Shown: piece by piece, positions 17,775-27,176 of the stretch
Layout of the letters: each line of letters begins with the position of its first letter
Numbering within the stretch: the first letter of the stretch is position 1
Virus record (IMG/VR): IMGVR_UViG_3300030060_002740
Location: 28,414 to 92,413 of that record
Reading direction: 5' to 3' (one strand)
DNA from: a virus
DNA length: 64,000 nt
The notes under the pieces: generated by a model
The model's input: the letters and a program-made list of their open reading frames with translations, nothing else
Database searches by the model: none
Told to the model about the DNA's origin: nothing
Position numbers and translations under genes: made by a program

Positions 17775-18430
17775 CTGTAACAAGAAAAAGATGTCGTCTT
17801 TGTATGCACGAAGACAGGGAAATCTTTGAGAGAGATTTGGAGAGTATGCACCTTCACCCTGATGACTTGGACAGTAGGATGAACTGGCCTAGTGGGACAT
17901 CTGCCAAACATCAGAGAAATCACATGGGAGGTTATGCTGATGCCTCTAACCCCAAGTGTGCATTGTGTGTTTATGAGAATCGTTCAGAAATTGAACAGGA
18001 ATTGTATTCGGGAGATATGACTCCTGAACTTGCCGCCAAGATAGTGGGTTGTTCAAAGGAGCAAGTTGTTAGACACATCAAGAAACATACACAACCATTG
18101 GTGCAAAAAGCAGCAGCACAAATATTGGCGACAAAGGAAGTCAATGAGATTGATACCCTAAGTGGTAACATCACTAACCTTGAGAGAAAGTTGGAAGCCT
18201 TGTTTGAGATAGAAGACTTAGACCACAAATCAATTGATTCACTGACAAAGTTAGCGAAGGAAGTAAGAGAGTCGCTAAAGTATCTAATGGAGTTCAAGGG
18301 TAAACTCGTTCACAGAAGACAAGACACAATCATTGTTCATCAAATGCAGATTATCAAAGAAGTGTTAGCACAAAACCATCCCGAAGTTTGGTTGGATGTC
18401 AGAAAACAAATGGAGGATAAGTTACAATGA
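17771..18430 (+). CDS. putative terminase small subunit (duplicated Zn/HTH module plus coiled coil)
   Basis: CRLC...HQRNH and CALC...HIKKH repeats, helical C-terminus; upstream of TerL. Confidence 0.5.
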   Translation: MTVTRKRCRLCMHEDREIFERDLESMHLHPDDLDSRMNWPSGTSAKHQRNHMGGYADASNPKCALCVYENRSEIEQELYSGDMTPELAAKIVGCSKEQVVRHIKKHTQPLVQKAAAQILATKEVNEIDTLSGNITNLERKLEALFEIEDLDHKSIDSLTKLAKEVRESLKYLMEFKGKLVHRRQDTIIVHQMQIIKEVLAQNHPEVWLDVRKQMEDKLQ

Positions 18431-20226
18431 GTTGGTCAAGGGTTCTGAAGAGAAAGACTCTACGGGATAAGGTAGTTCAAGCATCCAAGGATGGTAACTT
18501 CGATGAACTTCTTCAGAACCATAAACCCGCACAATTGCGTAGAGCAGTAAACGAATTATTAGACATTGATATGCCACAAGAGAGGTTTCAGCCTTTGTTG
18601 GATAAACTTGGAACTGCTAAGAGGGTTGATGGTAAAAGAAACCCTGAATATGAAGACCCTAATACTAAGGAAATAGAAATGTATGAATCCTTCATGAAAG
18701 GTAATCACGAAGAATTACTTACATTCCTAACAGAAGGAGGAAGAAGCACAGTAACAAATAGAATTTCACGCTTGATGAAATGGAACTCTGAGAACGGAGA
18801 TGCACTTCTGAAATACGTCAAGGATAAACCCGAACTCTATGGCTACATCACTAAGGACATAACACTCACACTACCCAATAACTTTGATAGGGATATTTTG
18901 GATGATTACCAATTTGTAATGGAGAGAGGTATCAAAGTAACTTTACCTGAGTTCCTAACAATAGAACAAGGAAAGGCACTTGCAGGTGGTCAGCCATCAC
19001 AACCAATTGAGAGAACTGCTTTTGCTAGAATCTTCAAAGCCCCTGAATACAAGGATAAGATTGTAGCAACTTCTGTCAAATTAGAGGAAAGCACAATTGA
19101 TGGTGGATTTGCAGCAGATTATCTGAACATGGTTGTAACAAATCTACGTGGTAATACAAGAGAACCATTCATGCCTACATTCTCAGTATCAGAAGCCCCT
19201 TCTTCGGGACAAATTAGAGAAGCACAAAAGTTGTTCTTCGGTGCTAAGACTGGTGGAGGCACAAGTAGGATGTATCCCGCAATGGAGTATATTCTAAGAA
19301 ATGAGAAGTTGGACTTGGATGTTGGTTTTGTTAGAACTCAAACTAAGGAAACACTACAAGAAGTGGAGTTGGCTAATAAGTTCCAAAGGGCAGAGATAGA
19401 TGATGAGGAATTGAATAAGTTATACAATAAGTTTGTAAAAACCAAGACTGATGAGGATGGTAATGTAACAAGCGTTACAGGTTATGCTAACTTCAAACGA
19501 GCAGTTGTTGATGCAGGGCTTGAAGACAGGTATAACAAGTTCTTGAAAGAAACCCAAGTCAGACGCTATACTCTACCTGTTGAAGTTAGAGATGCTTTAG
19601 TTGCTATGATTGACAATGAAGCAGATGATAAACAAGTTAAATTGGTAAAGGCCAAATTAGGGCATCTATTCTCAAAGGTTGGTTTCAAGCGTTCAGTCAG
19701 AGAGATGCGTAAGAAGAAGGTAAACTACGGCGACCCTGATAAGATAAAAGAGGCTCTACTTTCTATGGAAGAAAAAGCAGAGGGAACTGTTTCTATAACA
19801 GACAAACTATTCCTTGAGAGAGTTAACTTCCTATTCGATGATGTAGACCAAGACCCATTGGGTAATTTCCTTTCGGGAATGGATAGTGGTGGTAAGTTTA
19901 GATTAAGGGATATGCAACTTTCTTCTAAGCAGGTTCTACAATTTTCAGATTTATTGGTTATGGTTCTACAATTATCGAGAAAGATGTTGAGGGATTCTAA
20001 GTTGCAAATGTCCTTGAAGAGATTACTTAGAGAAACAGATGCTAAGAAAAAGAAAGAAACGGAAGACGAGTTTAAGACAAAACTATCAGAATCATATTCT
20101 AAAATACATAAAGGTGTATTAGACGCAATAAGAAGAAAGATGGTGCAAGTGATGGAAGAACCATTGCTACACAATAAATCAGGAGCGATTCAACCATACG
20201 ATTGGATTAACGAGAACAGGAGTTGA
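18427..20226 (+). CDS. hypothetical protein, putative virion-internal (MSWSRVLK N-terminus)
   Basis: 599-aa charged helical ORF. Confidence 0.75.
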   Translation: MSWSRVLKRKTLRDKVVQASKDGNFDELLQNHKPAQLRRAVNELLDIDMPQERFQPLLDKLGTAKRVDGKRNPEYEDPNTKEIEMYESFMKGNHEELLTFLTEGGRSTVTNRISRLMKWNSENGDALLKYVKDKPELYGYITKDITLTLPNNFDRDILDDYQFVMERGIKVTLPEFLTIEQGKALAGGQPSQPIERTAFARIFKAPEYKDKIVATSVKLEESTIDGGFAADYLNMVVTNLRGNTREPFMPTFSVSEAPSSGQIREAQKLFFGAKTGGGTSRMYPAMEYILRNEKLDLDVGFVRTQTKETLQEVELANKFQRAEIDDEELNKLYNKFVKTKTDEDGNVTSVTGYANFKRAVVDAGLEDRYNKFLKETQVRRYTLPVEVRDALVAMIDNEADDKQVKLVKAKLGHLFSKVGFKRSVREMRKKKVNYGDPDKIKEALLSMEEKAEGTVSITDKLFLERVNFLFDDVDQDPLGNFLSGMDSGGKFRLRDMQLSSKQVLQFSDLLVMVLQLSRKMLRDSKLQMSLKRLLRETDAKKKKETEDEFKTKLSESYSKIHKGVLDAIRRKMVQVMEEPLLHNKSGAIQPYDWINENRS

Positions 20227-20230
20227 GCAA

Positions 20231-23017
20231 ATGATATCAGATGAAGAATTATACAACGCATTTAGGATTTTAATGCTTGAGCCTGATGAGTTCGATGAGT
20301 TTACTGAGAGGATGGTTGCTGAACAGTATAAGGATGAAGACCCTAAAGCAATAGCAGATAAGGTTGAATTAGAAGCCGATGATAGAGCAGAAGACTATCT
20401 TAGGTCTTTCAAGCCTGAGTTCCTATACAACTTGATTAAAGATGATGCAGACTTCATGGAGAATGGGAAGTTATCTTCTAAGTATCAGAAGTCAGGCAAA
20501 CAATTGGGAGAACTAACTCAATTACTGATAGAGGACATTTCTTCCAAACACGAAGAGTTTGAAGAAATACCCGATGCTATCAGAAATAGCATGATTAAGA
20601 AATTATTAGAGTTAGGCGGTGTATCAGGTAGAGTTCTGACTACTGACTTAGAAGAAGCAACAACTGACCCTAGTAGGTCTATTGCAGTTGATGTTAAGAA
20701 ATTGGATAAGGTTTTGAGGGCTTTTTTAGATGAAACTGGTAAACAGTTAACGTACAAGAATACAATAGAGAGTGGTGTAAAGAAAAGAAGTGATTTTGCC
20801 TCAACAGAAGCATATGAGGAATACTTAGAATCAATAAAAGGTAAACCACGTCAAGAAAGAGATTTAAGCAGAGTTTCGTTGAAGAATAGAAACATAAGGA
20901 AGAAAGAAGTAGAACAGATGAAGTTTATTCTTGAGAATCAAAAGCCTTCTGTCAGAGACAGGCTTTCACCGTTAATGGTTGTATTGAGACAATTCGATAA
21001 GGTAGAAGAGAGAATAATTCAATTAGACGCTGACCAAATAATTGGTGAGTTGGATTTGAAGATGCTGAATAGAAGAAACAGAATCTATTCCTTTTGGAAA
21101 GACCATCAAGGTAAGTATGGTGATTTCAAAGAAGCGTATAACAATTGTAGGACTGCATTCGCTAAAATACTAGCACCCTTGATTGAAGAGAATAAGGAAA
21201 ACAAAGAAATCCAAGAGTTCAAAAAAATATTAGATAATTTCTTGGGATTTGCATCAGCAATAAACAATGACGAAATGAACTATGTTGTTAAGTTCAAACC
21301 AAAGGACATGGAAGTTTACTTTAGGAATCACAAGGGACTTGCTCTATATGAGAAGTTCATGGAAGATAGTGGTTTAGTTCGTGGTGAAACAAGGGAAGAC
21401 GAAGATAGGAAAGCGAGAAGCGAGGGGTACTATGATGAGACAACTGGTGAATTCAAGGAAACCGTTTCCGTAGAAGGTGTCGAAACTCTTGATTCTGAGG
21501 AAGAAGTAATGGAAGCAGAGAGGAAAAAGGAAATGGAAGAACTCTCATTGTTTGGAGCAAAACTCAAGAGGCTTGAAAGCAAGAAAGTAGACCCACTATA
21601 CTATCACGCATTCACTAAAGAAACAGGAGCGTTCAAGGATACTGTTGCCTTTGCCCAAGATATTCAAGCAATTCGTGAAGCCATGTTAGGTGCGGGAGCA
21701 GTTAGAGAAATGGCTACTGGTATTGATATGGATGACGAGATAAATGATTACGTCAACCAATTAGAAAGAACATTAGCAAGAGGAGGAAATGGCCCGTATT
21801 ATCTACCATTATCTGAATCTGTTAGTAAGTTTGCAATCGAAGAGAACTGGAATGCTGACCCTATAAGTCTGAATACTGCAAGGGGAATCAACAATCGTCT
21901 TAGACAGATTGGAGACTTCTTGGATAATCTCAGCCAAATCTTAGATGCAGGGGATGATTTGGATAGAGCGTCAGCACCCAGTTCCGCAATTGCAGATAAA
22001 CAGGGAGAAGGTGTACCAAGTCAGAAGATGCCGCACCTTGGAACAAAGAACAGAAAAGACCATCTCGATAAAATCGAAGAGGCAAGAGAAGAGTTTGATG
22101 ATTTGATAGAAGCAGTGTTAGATTACTTCGTAGTTCCTATGAGCGGTTCAAACAAACCATTCGATGACCCTCTACCTTTCGACACAAAGACAAACAAGAC
22201 CCGTAGGATTTTCAGAGCATTAGCAACAGGAAAAACCGACACTGCATTGTTCAAGGTATTAGCACTGGAAGGCAGAGCAGGTTATACAATGGTGAAAGCC
22301 TCAGAGTTAGAAAGCCTAACGAGAATGTTGGAGTTCTTACAAGATATAGAAGGTAGGAAAGACTTGCCTACTTTGGTTAATGAATTGGAAAAGGGAATCA
22401 AAACTGTCAATTTCATAATGCTAAACAAAAAAGGTTCTGCACTAGCAGAGGAAACTATGGTAGAGTTTGGTCATTATCTACATGAAGTCTTAGAGGCTAA
22501 CGATATATCTTGGCCTTCCGACATGAAGTTCCCGAATAACAGTAGAGGCAAGACTCCCGAAGAGTGGAGTCAGATGTATGATACTGGTAAGGTGTATCCG
22601 TTTGAAGCAATAGAAACTCACATCAAGAGGAACATTGGAGGATACTCAGACAGTATGAGAACAATGGTTAGGGGTAGTGATAGAAGAGGAAAAGGCTCTA
22701 ACACTATTGTTCAAAGATTCATCAATGCGATAAATGGAATGAAGATTCTAAGAAGTGAAAAGGAAAACACAATCCTATCGGTTCATGACGAGATTCGTAA
22801 GATGATGGGTAAACCCGTATACTACAACAATGCTAAGTTGGACAACTATGACCATGTAAATAGTGCAATTGGTCTGATGAAATCAAGATTCAAGGTTGAT
22901 GTAACTGCACATGAAGTGGAGTCCATTGTAGGTGAATTGAACTCAATGGAAGAACTGAGCAAAAAGCATGGTGTTCCAAAGGAAGGTGTATATTTCTTGA
23001 AGGCTAATTTCAGGTGA
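20231..23017 (+). CDS. large acidic hypothetical protein
   Basis: 928 aa. Confidence 0.75.
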   Translation: MISDEELYNAFRILMLEPDEFDEFTERMVAEQYKDEDPKAIADKVELEADDRAEDYLRSFKPEFLYNLIKDDADFMENGKLSSKYQKSGKQLGELTQLLIEDISSKHEEFEEIPDAIRNSMIKKLLELGGVSGRVLTTDLEEATTDPSRSIAVDVKKLDKVLRAFLDETGKQLTYKNTIESGVKKRSDFASTEAYEEYLESIKGKPRQERDLSRVSLKNRNIRKKEVEQMKFILENQKPSVRDRLSPLMVVLRQFDKVEERIIQLDADQIIGELDLKMLNRRNRIYSFWKDHQGKYGDFKEAYNNCRTAFAKILAPLIEENKENKEIQEFKKILDNFLGFASAINNDEMNYVVKFKPKDMEVYFRNHKGLALYEKFMEDSGLVRGETREDEDRKARSEGYYDETTGEFKETVSVEGVETLDSEEEVMEAERKKEMEELSLFGAKLKRLESKKVDPLYYHAFTKETGAFKDTVAFAQDIQAIREAMLGAGAVREMATGIDMDDEINDYVNQLERTLARGGNGPYYLPLSESVSKFAIEENWNADPISLNTARGINNRLRQIGDFLDNLSQILDAGDDLDRASAPSSAIADKQGEGVPSQKMPHLGTKNRKDHLDKIEEAREEFDDLIEAVLDYFVVPMSGSNKPFDDPLPFDTKTNKTRRIFRALATGKTDTALFKVLALEGRAGYTMVKASELESLTRMLEFLQDIEGRKDLPTLVNELEKGIKTVNFIMLNKKGSALAEETMVEFGHYLHEVLEANDISWPSDMKFPNNSRGKTPEEWSQMYDTGKVYPFEAIETHIKRNIGGYSDSMRTMVRGSDRRGKGSNTIVQRFINAINGMKILRSEKENTILSVHDEIRKMMGKPVYYNNAKLDNYDHVNSAIGLMKSRFKVDVTAHEVESIVGELNSMEELSKKHGVPKEGVYFLKANFR

Positions 23018-23021
23018 TAAG

Positions 23022-23522
23022 ATGTTAGAGTTTCAAGAGATGTCTGAGGATGATGCCGTTAGAGTATTCTTAGATGATGGGTATTATGAATACCAAAAAA
23101 GAAGAGAGCGTTACCAAAAAATATCTCCTAATTCATCTTGGGCTACTGCACCCGCAAGAATGTTTGTTGGTTTTTTAGAAGATAAACCAGTAGGAGTTAT
23201 TGGTTTTTCTAAATACAAAGGAGTTTTGTTAGGAGCAGGTATTCACGTTAGAAGAGGATTTAGAGGTAGAGGACTATCACAATTATTAGTTCAAAAACTC
23301 ATAGAGGAAAAAGGAGGTCAAACTCTTTTTGTTAATATCGGCAACCCAAGAATTGCTAACACATATAGAAGATACGGATTCAAAGATATGAATGAAGAAG
23401 AGTTACCCGATGAATCAAGAAATGCTATTCAAGGATTAGAATTTGCCGACCAAGTTCAGAAGTGGGTTTGGGGAGTTCATCGAGATGTTTGGTTTGATGT
23501 GGTGAAAAATGGAATTAGATGA
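23022..23522 (+). CDS. GNAT-family acetyltransferase
   Basis: GIHVRRGFRGRGLSQLL acetyl-CoA motif A and N..IANTYRRYGF motif B. Confidence 0.8.
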   Translation: MLEFQEMSEDDAVRVFLDDGYYEYQKRRERYQKISPNSSWATAPARMFVGFLEDKPVGVIGFSKYKGVLLGAGIHVRRGFRGRGLSQLLVQKLIEEKGGQTLFVNIGNPRIANTYRRYGFKDMNEEELPDESRNAIQGLEFADQVQKWVWGVHRDVWFDVVKNGIR

Positions 23523-24942
23523 TTTAGATTTTGTTTCAGCAATGGATATGGAACTATCTAAAACTTCATTTCCATACTTTTTTCAGAATGTTCTTGGAAT
23601 GATGTTTCCCCCATACATGCAAGAATGGCTAGAGACAATGGAAAAAACAGATAGAACTGTTATTGTTTGTAGTCGTGACCACGGAAAATCTGTTTTTATG
23701 CACAGTTGGGTAGTATGGAATCTTGTCTTTCAAGAACCACCATATCAAATGCTTTACATTTCCTCTAACCAAAAGCAGACTCTTGTTCACATGAGAGAGA
23801 TTGACAGATACTTCAATCACCCTGCTCTTAAGAAATACAAACCCAGTAGAGGTTGGGCTATTGGAAATATACAATTAACAAACGGTAACGCTATCTTGGA
23901 GCGTTCCGTTGGTTCTCAAATCAGAGGACTTCACCCACAGGAGATTATCATTGACGACCCTTTGAAGGAGTTCAGTCTTGCAGGTATTCAACGAGTTACT
24001 GATTGGTTCTTCGGAGATATGATACCAACACTTCATCATACATCTAAGTTGAGGATGATTGGAACTCCATTTACCTATACAGATATCTTTGCTCAGTTAG
24101 AGGAAAATGAAGCATATTCTGTTCAGAAGTATCCATGTCTAAACTCTTTGAATGAACCACTATGGCCTGAGCGTTGGGACTATGACGCACTAATGAAGAG
24201 AAAAGCAGAAATAGGCTCTCTCAAGTTTACAAGAGAATATCTTTGTGTTCCTATATCTACGGGAACTGCTCTATTCAATCCTGAGTTTATCGAGAAGTGC
24301 AAGAACAAGGACTATGTTTTGAAACTTGGACATCGTAAGGAGAAGGGATACAAGTATTATGTGGGCGTTGACCCTGCCATCTCAACAGATGGAGACTACA
24401 ATGTAATCACGGTTTTGGAAGTTGATGATGAGAAAAATAAAACCATAGTCCATGTAGATAGGGCCAAGAATGTAGAGTTCAGAGAGAACATAGAGAAGAT
24501 TAGATTAATTGGTAAAATCTTTGAACCAGAAGAAATACTCTATGAAACCAACACGTTTGCAAAAGCATTCACACAGGAACTAAGAAACATATCCGATTTG
24601 AATGTTAGAGATTTTACCACTACAAGAAAAAAGAAGCAAGAGATAATTCTGAGTCTTCAAATGAACATAGAAAATGGAAAAATAAACTTTCCATATGGCG
24701 ATAATGCAAGCAGAAGATTGACGAATGCTTTGATAGAGGAACTGTCTATGTTCTCTATTACCACTGCCGGAAAGTTTGAGGGTGTAGGAGCGCATGACGA
24801 CTTAGTTATGAGTTTAGCATTGGCAGTGGCTTGTGCTACAAAGACATCAGATGTGTTCCTGTTGTTAGATGATATGGGAATATTTGATGAGCCTAAACCA
24901 ATGAACAGGTCTTTAGGCGGAATGATGGGGCTGAACTTCTAG
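23509..24942 (+). CDS. terL: terminase large subunit
   Basis: SRDHGKS Walker A, IIIDD Walker B, IGTP coupling motif, GVDPA and HDDLVMSLALA nuclease motifs. Confidence 0.93.
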   Translation: MELDDLDFVSAMDMELSKTSFPYFFQNVLGMMFPPYMQEWLETMEKTDRTVIVCSRDHGKSVFMHSWVVWNLVFQEPPYQMLYISSNQKQTLVHMREIDRYFNHPALKKYKPSRGWAIGNIQLTNGNAILERSVGSQIRGLHPQEIIIDDPLKEFSLAGIQRVTDWFFGDMIPTLHHTSKLRMIGTPFTYTDIFAQLEENEAYSVQKYPCLNSLNEPLWPERWDYDALMKRKAEIGSLKFTREYLCVPISTGTALFNPEFIEKCKNKDYVLKLGHRKEKGYKYYVGVDPAISTDGDYNVITVLEVDDEKNKTIVHVDRAKNVEFRENIEKIRLIGKIFEPEEILYETNTFAKAFTQELRNISDLNVRDFTTTRKKKQEIILSLQMNIENGKINFPYGDNASRRLTNALIEELSMFSITTAGKFEGVGAHDDLVMSLALAVACATKTSDVFLLLDDMGIFDEPKPMNRSLGGMMGLNF

Positions 24943-24953
24943 GGGGGTAGTGC

Positions 24954-26282
24954 GTGACGGAGGAAGATAGCGAAATCTTGGAAGATATTCTTGAGCGAAC
25001 AAAGCGAAGAGAGACTTTAGACCAAGAAATCGAAGAACGCACTAAGGATTTGAAACGCGCTTGGCTATCCAGTGTTCCAATAGAAGACCACAGTATTTTG
25101 GAAAAGAAATACGCAGAAGATTTCAGAATGAGCCTATCTGATGCAAGAAAGGAATTGAAGTATACTCTGACTAAGTATGAGATTGAGGGTTCTGATATTC
25201 CAAAGACAATAAAGGAATTGAAAAAATACCGAAGGACTCTCAAAGGAGAGGACAAGGTGAAGATTACCAATTCGATTGAGAATTTAATCAAGGCATATTC
25301 TGACCACTTGGATAAGAGTATGGATGACATTTACTGGATTAGTAAGTATAAACCAGTTCTCAAAGACATGACTTGCTCGGAAGATAATCTAATCAAACTA
25401 TCATATGTTGATGATGCAAGTACAAGGCGAGAACTAGTTGATACTCTCTGTAAATATTGGGAAGCAAAAATAGAGAAGGAGGGTATGCCCTTCAATTCTG
25501 ACTACTCAAGATTAACAAAGGAAATGACTAACACAAAAAGACAATTCAAAAGATTGCTGAAGAAGCATATGAAAACCACTTCTCCAAAGGATAAAATCAA
25601 ACATCACATTCTAAAATCAATATGTGAAGAACCCGGAATATCAGCAAGGCAGATACATGAGAGACTACCGAAGAGTCTCTTTACTAGAACAACACCAAAC
25701 GTTATTGCTAAAATGGCTAAACAGGAAAACATCACCACTGTTAATGGTGCTTTCTACAAGTTTAGTGATGAGATAAAGAAAGACATCTATGCCTATACTG
25801 CTGCGTTTATTGATTCTGATGGCTACATTACAATGGATAAGAATTACAATCCAAGAGTCGGTTTGGTTGCAACAGGAGAAAGAGGCAAGGCTTTCATGAT
25901 GGAGATGCACAAGTCATTGGGATGTGGCAGATTGCATCTTGACCAAAAATCTCCACAGGACACAAGACCAGTAAACAGGTTGAACTTTTATTCGGGTGCT
26001 GATGTTACAGAACTACTCACAAAATGTAGGCCACATTTCAGAATGAAAGGTAAGAATGCTGACATTCTATTAGAGTTAATCAGAATGAAGAAATCGCATA
26101 AGAAGGCTGATTGGTACAAAGAAAGAAGGGAAGAACTATTCAAGTTGATGAAATATGAGAATCATAAAGACCACGTAGGTTATGATTTCACACGATATGA
26201 TATTGATATTGATAGTGTTGCCAAGTTACATGATAATTGTAAGATGGGTGCAATGGATGTTATTGAGGGGGTGATTGCATGA
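24954..26282 (+). CDS. LAGLIDADG endonuclease-domain protein with helical N-terminus and winged HTH
   Basis: YTAAFIDSDGYI motif, MHKSLGCGRL, LLTKCRPHFRMK; HTH-like PGISARQIHERL. Confidence 0.75.
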   Translation: MTEEDSEILEDILERTKRRETLDQEIEERTKDLKRAWLSSVPIEDHSILEKKYAEDFRMSLSDARKELKYTLTKYEIEGSDIPKTIKELKKYRRTLKGEDKVKITNSIENLIKAYSDHLDKSMDDIYWISKYKPVLKDMTCSEDNLIKLSYVDDASTRRELVDTLCKYWEAKIEKEGMPFNSDYSRLTKEMTNTKRQFKRLLKKHMKTTSPKDKIKHHILKSICEEPGISARQIHERLPKSLFTRTTPNVIAKMAKQENITTVNGAFYKFSDEIKKDIYAYTAAFIDSDGYITMDKNYNPRVGLVATGERGKAFMMEMHKSLGCGRLHLDQKSPQDTRPVNRLNFYSGADVTELLTKCRPHFRMKGKNADILLELIRMKKSHKKADWYKERREELFKLMKYENHKDHVGYDFTRYDIDIDSVAKLHDNCKMGAMDVIEGVIA

Positions 26283-26524
26283 CTTGGTTTGACGTTCTAA
26301 AAAGAAAGTCTGGTAGGCGAGGAAAAAAGGCTCGCAAGAAGAGAAAGAAAGGTAAGTCAAAGGTGAATCAGGCTGGTAATTACACAAAGCCCACTATGAG
26401 GAAGAAACAGTTTGCAAGAATCAAAGCAGGTAGCAAAGGTGGCCCTGCGGGTAAGTGGTCAGCGAGAAAGGCACAGTTGCTTGCTCGGAGATACGAGAAA
26501 GCAGGTGGTGGCTATCGTGACTGA
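26279..26524 (+). CDS. highly basic small protein (MTWFDVLK)
   Basis: K/R-rich; NYTKP...WSARKAQ...YEKAGGGY. Confidence 0.75.
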   Translation: MTWFDVLKRKSGRRGKKARKKRKKGKSKVNQAGNYTKPTMRKKQFARIKAGSKGGPAGKWSARKAQLLARRYEKAGGGYRD

Positions 26525-26864
26525 TTGGTTTGATATCATTAGGAAAAAAAGTAAACCCCGAAGAAGAAAGGGTGCTAAGTCTAGTAAGAAAAAACTTAGG
26601 CGTAGAAAACAAAAGAAAAATCTGAAGCAGGGTCAACAGGCTCTTGTAGAATGGACTGATGAAGAGTGGGGAAGTGCAGAACAACACAGTGCCAAAGAAA
26701 AAGGAAAAAAAGCACCCTCCAAGACAAAGGGCAGATATATGCCAAAGGCTACTTACAAAAGAACTCCTAAATCTAGGTTGAAGTATCAAGATAAAAAGAA
26801 AAAAGAGGGACGTAAGAAAGGAAAGCAAAACGTCCCAACAGGAAAGAAATTCTCTCAGAAGTGA
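26517..26864 (+). CDS. highly basic small protein (MTDWFDIIR)
   Basis: GTG start after AGGTGGTG; K/R-rich; EWTDEEW...RYMPK. Confidence 0.7.
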   Translation: MTDWFDIIRKKSKPRRRKGAKSSKKKLRRRKQKKNLKQGQQALVEWTDEEWGSAEQHSAKEKGKKAPSKTKGRYMPKATYKRTPKSRLKYQDKKKKEGRKKGKQNVPTGKKFSQK

Positions 26865-26868
26865 TATT

Positions 26869-27174
26869 ATGGATTGGTTTGAAGTTCTAAAGAAAAAGGG
26901 CAAGCACCCTGCTTTGAAGAGAGCGGGTGTTAGTGGTTTCAGTAAACCAAAAAGAACTCCTAAGCATCCTAAGAAATCTCATGTGGTTGTCGTCAAAGAT
27001 GGCAAAAAGGTAAAGACTATTCGCTTTGGGCAACAAGGTGCTGATACAGTAACCGAGAAAGACCCAAAGGGAAAAAGAAAAAAGAAACAAGCATCATTCA
27101 AGGCTCGCCATGCTAAGAATATTAAGCGGGGGAAAATGTCTGCGGCGTATTGGGCTAACAAGGTAAAGTGGTAA
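26869..27174 (+). CDS. highly basic small protein (MDWFEVLK)
   Basis: KPKRTP...IRFGQQG...SFKARH...SAAYWA..VKW. Confidence 0.75.
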   Translation: MDWFEVLKKKGKHPALKRAGVSGFSKPKRTPKHPKKSHVVVVKDGKKVKTIRFGQQGADTVTEKDPKGKRKKKQASFKARHAKNIKRGKMSAAYWANKVKW

Positions 27175-27176
27175 GT

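Noticed and set aside
3755-24942. Inteins or introns in RNR or TerL
   Set aside because: Both proteins are of normal length and show no splice-junction motifs.
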